From NCBI GenBank assembly GCA_036172245.1, contig JAYWIR010000030.1:1426001-1490000 (forward strand): a stretch of DNA of 64,000 nucleotides, given 5' to 3'. The position numbers and the translations under genes are program-made. The DNA comes from Raillietiella orientalis. Its lineage: Eukaryota. Below are positions 53,765 to 64,000 of the stretch, in pieces. Each line of letters opens with the position of its first letter. Within the stretch, counting starts at the first letter, position 1. Under the pieces are notes generated by a model that worked only from the letters and a program-made list of their open reading frames with translations, had not been told where the DNA came from and ran no database searches.

Positions 53765-54982
53765 GGCTTGCCGCGACCTACTTCCATTTCCTTTAATTTT
53801 CAAGTGCCGTGATGAGGCCATGTGGTTGATGTGATTTCGTGTTTTCATCTGTACTGCATAGATTCTGGCTGTGGATTAAGGAGAGGAACATTTTCGATGA
53901 ACAGTCAAAGCGTGTTGTAGATGGGAATATGCTACAACAGCTTTGGAAGGTTATCCAAATCGTAGGAAAAAGTAGTACTGGGGTTTTATTTTGTGTACTG
54001 CTTTGTAAAAATGGTCTTCAGTAGTGTGGTCATATGTGCAACTTTCGAAGTTTTTACATGCACGCCCCTCCGGCAGCGTGCGTTCCATACTGTTCTCAGT
54101 TGACGACGATTAAACGTTTAATTTATGATTTTTGGTTTTGGAGAATTCATTCATATTTTCTCGCCTGGCGATCGTGGAGTTTTCCGTTTGTTTTGCTCGT
54201 TCCCGTCTTCCCTGTTCTTTCTCAGGGACATGGCTCCCATTTATTATTCTTGGTCATTGGCATTGTATTTTGTTTGTGTACACATTCGGACCTCAGAGTT
54301 CTGTAATGTATGTGCGTCATGGTTCGAATTGGAAATGCACATATGATACGCATATGATGTTCTTCGGGAATTCACCGTTTTCTTTCCAAGTGGTGCTTGG
54401 CTACCTGTTTCAAGTTTTCGCCATTTGAATGCCCAATCTCCTGTGCTTCTTGCTCACATTGGGTCTCCACTCCGTTTTATCTTAATAAATCGTTATTAAG
54501 ACGGAAGTATGGATGAGCAACAAGAATTGTGGCACATTTCAGATACAAAAGAATGGAAGAGTGAACGCTATATGTGCATGTCAACATGTGATCATGCATA
54601 ATATTAATGTAGCAACTATTAAGCAATTGTAAGAAAGAAACTTTCTTGTTTTCTATTGCTTTCTTTCGTTATTCACTGCAAGTGAGGATGATCCGCGGAG
54701 CGCGTACACACCGTTCCTAATTCGCCAGCATTCCTATGTATACTGAATCAAGTTCAATCAGTGAACGTGTGTGTAATACCTTGGCACTGCAGTAATCCAT
54801 TTCTTGGTGCATTCTGTATTCGCTTGTATCGATGTTTGATGTTTAATCCATGCTCTGATTGCGAAAGAAGACAGCAGATAAAAAAGAGCTTTCTCAAGAG
54901 AAAAGTTCGTGATGCAGTTTGTGAAACGTATGCAGCGTTTGGTGTACAGAAGAAAACAACGATCATGCCAGAACGAAAAATC

Positions 54983-57090
54983 TTATCCTGTGATGGAGAC
55001 GTCAGAAATTTTCTGGAAACTATTTATATCGAAAAATCCAATATTCTTAGTTTGCTGAATCCTTTGTCTGATTGCTGGAGTTTTCTTCCGTGAAGTTTTG
55101 CTACAGATTTTCCGAGTGGGTTTGCTGCAAGCAAACCAATAGCGAGGGTCTTGTGCTCGTGGAATGGTGAGACAGCAGGCATCCATGACTTCAGAGGAGT
55201 AGATGCCCTGAATCAATGTCCTAAGAACACAGCTAAATGCTTCTGAATAAGACGAAACTTCAACCATCTTCAGAGCGTCTACCGTACAGTGCGTCCTTTA
55301 ATTAAAAGTTTATTAAAAAAGGAATTGTGTTATATTGGAAAGTGCTTTACACACCGGGACTTTGTACCGGGAAGCAAGTGACGGACGTGAAAAAAAGCAT
55401 GTCCGATTTTTTTTTTTCTGAGAAACTTCGTGGAATCATTTTGAAGACCCACCTTTTCACCTGTGAAGGAGTAATGGGAGCAACAGGAGTGACTTGCAGC
55501 TAAAGTACTCTATTGGAATGATGGCGACGGTCAGCATGCAAGTGAACTGCTGATTAAGAACTTCCAACCATTGACCTACAGCAGGATAAGTTACCCAAAC
55601 CTATCATTGCAATGAAACGTGAAAAATTCTCCGTGCAAGGCATTTTCTGCAAAGGCTGTTTTGGAAGTCACCCAGAAGCCAAAAATGTGACCCGTGAGCC
55701 AGTGTCTCACGTAAACTTAGGGAAACGAAACGTTTGCACTATGGATTTTCGTCCACTAGAGATCACATCATTCAGATCTATGCTTGCTTTTGATGACGAT
55801 GTAAGTGTACTTTTCCTTTTCAATAAATGGCTCTGGCACACGGTTTTTCGAAACACTCGGCTTCCGAGTGCCAGAGAGTCCACAAGCTCGATTCAAATAG
55901 CCTTATAGATGCAACGAAATGGATGACTCGAATCGGAATCAAAAGAAATTTTATGCCAAGTAACACGTAATGGGATACTCTTGCCAATGATGTACTTGAT
56001 GCGAGGAATCCTAGAAGGTGGGAGAACATCATCCACTAAAGAAAAAAAACATCTCAAACGCAACTACTTCTCAATTGATGTATAGAATGCTATAATTCTA
56101 TAATGTGGGTAAATACACAAAAGAAGGAATGTGAACAACGAGTCTTGAGGATAGGTTTTAAGTAGTTCACTCGTACACTGCATGTACCATGCATCTGCGG
56201 TGAGTTGCTTCCTGCAGTGTTTCCTCCACCATTCAGAAATGTCCATGCCTGCTTGTGTTCTCAGCAGATCCACGTTTCGTGTTTATTGGTTTTTCGAGAA
56301 GTTCCTGGAATGCTTTCAGAAATGCTGGCACATCCGCCTACAGGAAGCTTCAGCAGTAAAGGGTTCCTATGGTAGACTTAGTGGATGCCCCTCTCTACCC
56401 TCGATGAAATTTTACACAGTAAGGAGACGGCCCACTTTCGCAGGTTCGTCAGTGGACTTTGGTCCTCTGCAGCCATGCTATTCGAGATCCACTTGGTTTT
56501 CCCACTCTTTCAGAGCACCACATCTCTCGTTAACAGATTTAGGTCGACAGCCTTCCAGCCTCTCAAACCTCAACTGGCCCGCTGCTACAGTGATGAGCCA
56601 CGATCATGGAGAATCACGGTAGCAGCCAATCAAATGAAAGGCACAGTTCAGACACCTTGTGGAATATGTAGATTTTCTGCATCAGTTTCCGCTTGGGGAC
56701 GATTTGTGGATGAGGAGCATGTGACCAAGGAACGAGAAAAGAGATCATTCGAAATGCTGCCACTGCCGATTGATGAAAGACAGCTGGCGAAAGCCGACAG
56801 TTTTCTATCTTAGTACGCAGTATTGAGCGAGAACACAAGTCTAATGTGGAAGTTCAGTGGGCGTAAACAGGGACGTGTCCAGGCATTCCAAGGTCTGTAA
56901 CGCCATCGTTTGAAAGATGAACGTTGCTTAGAATCATTCGTGAAGAGCGAGAGTTAGAAGCTTCCCTTCTACAGCATTCAGCATTCATTACACAAAAGAT
57001 GCTCTTCGATGAGATTTGAAACGGATACAAGAACATGCTTCAGCAAGCTCTCCCAGTTCTTAGCATCCAGACTAATAACCCGCCTGGTAG
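54983..57090 (-). other. Possible unidentified multi-exon gene or pseudogene
   Basis: Phase-compatible candidate exons 55575-55461 and 55295-54983, plus coding-like helical fragments further upstream (LRKWAVSLLCKISSR|ADVPAFLKAFQELL; WESLLKHVLVSVSNLIEE). No continuous frame or family could be established. Confidence 0.3.
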
Positions 57091-58269
57091 AAACCATTAA
57101 CAAAAGGCTGATGTAAGAGTAAAAAATAATTCTTCGTATCGAGACTAAAAATGATTCCTGTCCAAGTTTCATCTAAAGTCATGAGTGACTTCGCTTGAAA
57201 TTTTTTTTTTTTGCAAAAGGACGTAAGTCTTTGGGACGTACTGCTAAACAGAAATCGCATTCGTTTTCGTGTCAGAGTAGTCACATCCTGAATGTCAACC
57301 CGAGCGGAATGCGGATTCGTCTCGTTCTGCCATCCCTTTAAAGAACACGAGAAGCGTACCGCCCTTGTTCTCTTAACAGTGGCACTCGGCAGAGTGGGTT
57401 TACAAGGACTGCAGATCCCTGGTCTTCGGCGTGATGGCAATCAAATGCTCGGGCATCTCCGGCGTTGGTGTGCGTAAACAAATGCCTTCGGTGGTGCGCA
57501 CCCATCTGATGCTCTCAAGCTACTAAAAGGAAAATTAGGCTCCAAGTAGCTAACGTATAACCTGTTCAATTTCGGAGTGACAGCTACTGTGCTTGCAGCT
57601 TCTTATGCCTCTCAACTTCGGCGTTTTTTGGATGCATGAGGTGCGCGTGAAATTCTGAAATGCCTCTATTGAAAGGTGAAGATGCTGCTTCCCTCATAAA
57701 TGTGAGGAATTTAGAGGGAAAAAAAAAGAAGACATTAAGATAGGGACTTTTAAACGATGTCGAAGGTTTCTTTGTTCGAAGACAAAAAATTTCCTTTTCA
57801 GATGCCTGGCAAGCTGCAGATTTCAAGTGCGATTTGTTGGATTGTGGAGGTAAGTGGCTCCATGTGGCTCCACCCAATTTATTGCTAAGAGAAGCTGGTA
57901 CCTCCCATGAAAGAAGCTGTGACATCCAGACATCTTTTTTCTTTGAGAAGGATGATAACATATCCTTGCGAGGTTCCAGCCGATTCCATGCTAACGGTGT
58001 GTTTCTTATTCGATCAGAGGGTCATGCATGTCGAGCATGATGGGATCTTTGTTCTAGATTCGAACCGGAGTTACAGCCGTCTGAAAAGTTTTGCTCCCGA
58101 AAAGGAACTTTGCACCCATACAAGCCTGGAAAAACCCATAAACTTTATTCTGTGATCCGATCGTCTTCATGGCCTTTTTTTTTCCTTTTCTTTCTTTCTT
58201 TCTAAAATTATCATGGGAGGAAGAAATTCAAGATTGTAGGAAGAACTTCAAGAACGAACGGTCTCGAAA

Positions 58270-59762
58270 TTATCGTTCTGCAAATCCAACTGTGTGTTCC
58301 TCCATATCGAATTTAACAGCGTATTTCGTGAAGAATATGTTTCCCAAAATCCAGGAACGCTCCTGCGCTTTGTCGCTCTTGCTTCTACCTCGAAATGCTG
58401 TTACGCAGTATGGGAGCTGCTCCGAGGAATGTGAGGTGGAAGTTGCATTTTGGGATTCGAACTGGAGAACGTAGTCTTTTCCTTCCAGGAATAAGACTTC
58501 GCTTCCCAGTTGGAGGGATATACTGGGGAAACTGCTTGCTTCCTCGCAATTCACCTAATGGCGAATTCAAAATCGGCTACTCTAAGACCACGGAACTCAC
58601 GAAGTATGCTCCATATCGGAAAACGTAGACATGATCCATGTGTCGATGCAGATCTTCGACATCATCTGGCGGACCACGGATAAAAGTGGTTGCAGTGCTC
58701 ACTGTCATTTCGCACCCTTCGCCGCACAAAGTCAAGTTTCCCAGCGTTATTCTTGCACAGGAATATTTAACCTCCACGAAAGTCACCTTACTGATTCAGG
58801 GGGAGCTTCCATTCGTCCTCTGACATGCAACGGACGTCTAAGAAATTCAGCGAAGGAAATGTTTCCCCCAGAAAAAACTCTCCATCGTACTGATACTGCT
58901 TTTCCAAGTTCCTGAGTCAGGGATGAGTGCGTGAGACAGGCGTACGCAAGCATTTTGTACGCGTCATACCTGTCGAAATACATGCCGAAGATCGGTTTGC
59001 TAATCACCCCTTGCTGCCACAAAGCGTAAACCAGGGTTGAAGAGTTGTATTCTGTGTTTTTCCTTCTGGCACCCACAAGTCCATCGAATCTGTATTTTCC
59101 GTAGAATACTCCAGTATCGGCCCTCACATCTACGAAAGTGAAATTCTTCGCTGGCAAATTCTCGATCTGAAAGAACATTCGGCTCATCATTTGGGACACC
59201 ATGAATAGTTAAAATGCTTGGAAGGATTCCTCATAGCAACAGTGCTGGGAATCATCCCAGAATAAATCTAGCAACAGCGGAGAGCATTGCGAGCGAAAAC
59301 GAAAATTCGAATCTTATTTATCGATCCAGGAGATTTTTGTGTAAGAATCGCGAATCTTCTGAGTGCGCCATGAAAGTGTTTCAGGATGGAGTACACTACA
59401 GAGACATAGTTTGCTTGGAAGTGTGAATGAGAAAGAGTCAACTGAATGCACTTACTGATACAGTGTCCTGTGGAATGTAGCCTCGAAGTGAATAGCCATC
59501 AACGTACGTTCTGTTTACTATAGTGTACGAATCTTGTATGTATGTTCTGGAAAGATACTCCTTAAATTGGACATGGAGAACTGAAAAAAAAAAAACACTG
59601 TAGAATGGAAACAGCACCTGTTACTTCTTTTTGCTTACTACACGCTACATATAGATAGGAGCATTCAGCAGATGTGACCCACAAGTCATCCGACATGGTA
59701 TCGACTATCATTATGAAATGCTGACTAGGGGTTCCCATTCCCACGTGGACGTAGAAAGCTAT
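58270..59762 (-). CDS. A1 aspartic protease (cathepsin D/E-like) homolog, predicted inactive; signal/propeptide exons not resolved (likely ~59840-60400)
   Basis: Exons 59762-59639, 59580-59456, 59166-58970, 58911-58792, 58751-58601, 58554-58270, open and phase-compatible. Motifs MGTPSQHF, LWVTSAEC, FDGLVG, CGEGC, WILGNIFFTKYAVKFD...VGFA. Confidence 0.9.
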
Positions 59763-61591
59763 CTAGAAAATTGCAAATGGACTAGGATTAGCAGCAGATA
59801 AAAAAAAAAAAAAAAAAATGTGTCCAGCAGAAACTTTCACTTCGTCCATCCATAATTTCCCTAAGAGAACGAGTTCTTCTCTTGGGAGTCGCGGCTTTGA
59901 ACGACAAGAAACAGCATCCAATCACTTCAAAGTATCTGGTGCTGAGAGACAGCGTGATCCTTCCGTGGATTCACGGCTTTTTCATCCACGCTGGAATCAA
60001 AGAACTGAAACTTCGCAGGAGCTCAGAGAGGAAGGAATCTCGTGAAAGGGGACGGCCATGTGCAAGTTAATTTTCCTCATTTGGTATTGAGCAGAAGCAT
60101 CATGTGGCAGATGAAGGCTAAGGCAGGACCGAATGTCCAATCAACCCGCTGGATGAAAGCACCTGATTGAAAGAACGCTTTTCAGTATCCACGTAGCTTT
60201 ACAAGCTCGTTGGTGGTGAATGATATGAGGACGGGGGGTGTTTATCGATGGCGAGGGGTGCCATGGACGGCTGAATTCGAAGTCCAGAAGACAGAGTGGC
60301 GTGGGGAGTGAATCTGCTCACGATGCTTAAATTCGGTGGGGCTGCATCAGACGAAAGATGCTTTTGCCCATTTCAAGATAATCAAAGCCAAAGCAATGAA
60401 AACGACCTCGTCAGAATCGACATGTTTCGCTAGACTTGCTGCCGTCAGTTCGCTGGGAACACTGTGGTGCCTACGAAGATTTCTCGAATTCCTCCTGACA
60501 CAACACACATGCACACACACGCACGCACGATAAAGGAAGCGTTTGCGAAAGAGCGAGTTGCTTGAAAATGTTGGATTTGGTAGGAAAAAAGAAGGAAAAA
60601 AAAAGGAGAGCGAAATCAGATCCATAGCCTCATTAAGGGACGCCGGAACGAAAAGAGATGCAGAAACACAGAAGTCTATAAACACTCTTTGGGAAGGACG
60701 CAGCACAAACATTTCGGGATTAACGTCCCAGAGAACAGTTTTCTGATCTCGCCCCTTGTCATCATGAATCGAGACAAGCGGATCACCTGATTTGTAGAAA
60801 TGTCGATATTCCCCAAACGAATGATTCCATCATTTGCTTTTCGAAATCAATTGAGATGTGGATTTCTTCGATGGCGAAACCCAATCGTTATTTCCAAAGG
60901 ACAGTTGTTTTAAGGATTCCAGAATGCCTTTTTGTTTCGTGTCTGGACTCTCAAATTGCATTCATTCTTATCTATTGCGGATGAGAACTGTGGTCCGCGA
61001 AGAGCACACATACCACGGAAGTAAGACACTAAGATGCTGACTGGTTCATCGTTAATCACCTACGCATATCAAGCTAATCAAAGCAATCGAATGTTCTGGA
61101 AAATTATGCAAATTTCGGCAAATTTAAAAAGAATCAAATTTTCAGCCCCTGATCGCGACGTGAATTTACGTCGACGACGCAAACGAGGTTTTGCTGTCGT
61201 CTTCAAGAGTAATTGCAGTCATCTTGTAGGAACGTTCCCCATTCAGAGATGACAGCAAAAAGCTCAGAGTTTCGTGATCAAGCGATGCTGCTTTGCATTT
61301 CATCCGATTTTTGACGCGAAATTCAAGCCGAGCTTTCCACTGGGATGAAATCATTGCAGATCATCGAGAAAGTATGTCTATAAGAAGAAGCAACGGATGA
61401 TCGTATGGGAAAACAGGGATAAAGTAGTCAAGCTGAAGTAAGTGTCCGTAGGAACGCGGCTGCCAAGTGGAATTTCGTCAACTTTTGTTGATCTTTCAAA
61501 ACTTACTTAAAATATGATCTCTGCTCTTTTTCGACACTCGTTGAAATCTTTATGCCACTCGCACAGCACTTTCCACACAATAGCTACTTAC

Positions 61592-61842
61592 CTGTAGGTC
61601 TTTTTCTTGATCATCAGATCACAATTGTCAGGATTACTTACTTCCAAGTTTATTTCTTCAGGGAAGGCCGTACCAAGTGATTTGCGGTCATCGTTTGGAC
61701 TGTCGGAAACTTTGGGCATCCTCTTAACAGGAAGACAGGCAATCAGAAACACGAAATTTTCATGGAAAGCAATTTCATTCCGCGTTTTCTGTCTCTTCTC
61801 GCGTTCAGTAAGGCACTGAGCGGCATTTGCACCCCCCGGTCC
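61592..61842 (-). other. Candidate isolated coding exon of unknown gene
   Basis: Good acceptor (ttttcctag) and donor (AG|gtaagt) around a 251-nt open frame. No recognisable domain. Confidence 0.22.
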
Positions 61843-64000
61843 CTAGGAAAACACAGGATTTTCCCAAAGAGAAGTCGTCTTCTGGAGCTTGCAGAACAGA
61901 AAATTCACATTCGGTATTTGACTGACCACGGCTCTTGGTTTTTGCACCCGAACGCCAAGTCTGAACTCCAGAAACTGGTGAGACGCAGTTGAAATGAGCG
62001 TGGGTGCTGGAGTGCTGGAGAAACGAGAAGGATCGAAGCATTCAATAAGGGTAATCGGACGAAATGAGGAAGCCCTCATTTCTTCTGATGAGCAAAGAGA
62101 TTCTCAAGGGAAAAGAACAAAATAAATCCCGGTAAACCTCCGTAAGGAGGCATCCTCTTGTCCGGAACGTTCGTGGAATCCTGTCCCCTGAATGCGACTC
62201 CCATGAGAGTTTCCCACGACTTCTGGTTGTGAAAATATCATCATCCCTTCTTGCCGAAGGCATGTCCTGAAACATCTGTTCCGCATTCACGAACGTCCTC
62301 TCTTCTCGTTGACACTGATGACGGGGTCTTTCGAAAAATCGGCCATTCCTCTTTGTTGCATCTATCCTGCTTGCGAAGATGCCAACGTTAGAGCTGGGTG
62401 AAGCGAATGAATCTCGAGAGACTGGGATGCTTGCGTAGTAGGTGAGGAACTATGAAATCATTGGAACGCCATAAATGTGAGTTTTCAAATTTCACTCTCT
62501 CAGTGGATTTACATAAGGCTTGTTGCTACCATCAAGGAACGGGGAATGACAAAAGAGATCTTAGATCCCCCTGGCGGGCTCCGCCGCTGCAACTGCGTTT
62601 CGTTCATGTGAATTCAGAACCTGCTTGTTGCCAAGACCTTGACTATCGGCGGAAGAGCAACTGATCTCCAGTCCAAAAGTTCCCCAAAGCCTTTCATTAT
62701 GTTCCGTTACTCTTATTTTTCAGCCGCTGGTGGTGATCCTCTGTAAAGATTGTTGCAACATTCTGTAGCCGCTTCATTTTTAATATTTTTAGCTTGACTC
62801 AAAGAGTGCACGAGAAAAGGAATTCTTGCGTTCCATGGAGCTCCTGTGAGAATCAAGCCATCTAGAACTCATTTGATGCTCTGTGCTTCCAATTCAGAGG
62901 CGTATTCGGAGTGACCTGAAGATTTGGAAAGTTTTTGCCAAGTAACGTTCTCTCTGGGTCCATCATTTGCACGTGAAATGATCATCCTGGCTGTTACCTT
63001 GCACAATTTCATTATCTGGGATATGCTAACATTTCAAATCTTCTTAAGGAAAATCTTAGTGCCTTCTGATTCCAAGTAGAGTACGAACACATCCTGTTTG
63101 TCCTCTCCCCTCCCAACCGAACATGAAGGACATGCTCAGGTGGTTTCATTGTGTGGATTGCTGGTCTCGCGTGACACATTCGTGAGGAACGGCTGTTCTT
63201 GAAGCCGCTATCTCTTCAGCCCGAGAGCAATACTGTGATCTTACTTCTAGAGAAATCGCAAAGTTCAGAGCATCTCTCGGTTTCAGTTTTTTTCTCCTCC
63301 CTATCCAAACACGAAACGTCCGTTTTGCCATTTTCTTAATTCACACGAATCCTCCTTTCCGTCCCAAGCAGCATTTTCTGTGTGCACTTCCATGTGGCTG
63401 TAATGTGGATCCACAGTCGCGCCATTCAACCGCTTCCTGCATTGAATTTCGGAGTGTTCACGGATCTCCGTGCTATGCAACAAGATTTCCGATCAGTGAG
63501 TCGCTTCTTGTTTGCCTTTCTCAAGGGAACATTTCATCAGCATCTTCAAACCATTCCATGCACACCCTTGGTAGCATGTTAGACACTATTGGCGCTCTGC
63601 GTGGGGTCGTCGTAACCGGTTTGCATTTCCCCTAAATCTAGTGCATGTCAAAGAAGACCTCGAAACAAATGGAGCCCATCAGATTTTATGTCACTGAAGG
63701 GGAAATGTAGTAAGTAACAGTGGGTAACCGTGACGTCACCACATTTTTTCGACTCACCGGAATGGTTATATCTGAACGTGACTGATGAGAGCACACCCCC
63801 AACAGGAGGATTGCCATGTGGAAAAACAAAGTCTCCAGTACCAGCATCATGAGAAAGAAAGGTCGCCTCGGCCTTCTTCTGGAGACGTGAGCGCAGATGA
63901 GACCTGAAAGATGAATGAGATCAACAGGAAACTAACGGTGCCACGATTGTTGCGCCATTCCAGAACGATTCTCCCGGAAAAGTCACGAATGAGGAGGGAC

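Overview
Eukaryotic genomic DNA, most likely an arthropod (protein similarity recalled from known families, compact GT-AG introns of 39-70 nt); the species cannot be identified from this window. Five multi-exon genes were rebuilt by hand from phase-compatible splice sites. Four are on the minus strand: a type II membrane M1 aminopeptidase homolog that has lost its catalytic motifs (>=3654-14950), an intact leishmanolysin/invadolysin M8 metalloprotease (19903 to >=31883), MRI1 (45542-46816), and a cathepsin D/E-like A1 protease with both DTG motifs altered (58270 to >=59762). SMC1 (48849-53764, plus) lies head-to-head with MRI1. Introns and spacers hold mariner derivatives (two with a fold-back structure), five AT-rich Ricksha-like MULE elements (two carry a mariner at the same site), L1/Tx1-type LINE fragments, and probable gypsy and pogo remnants. 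The most notable signals are the two open-frame pseudoproteases, the fold-back and composite transposons, ultra-short introns, a 2.57-kb SMC1 exon, and an ACTACAnnTCCCA motif in the divergent promoter. No rRNA, tRNA, CRISPR array or prokaryote-type system was seen. Most entries in the ORF track are chance or antisense ORFs.
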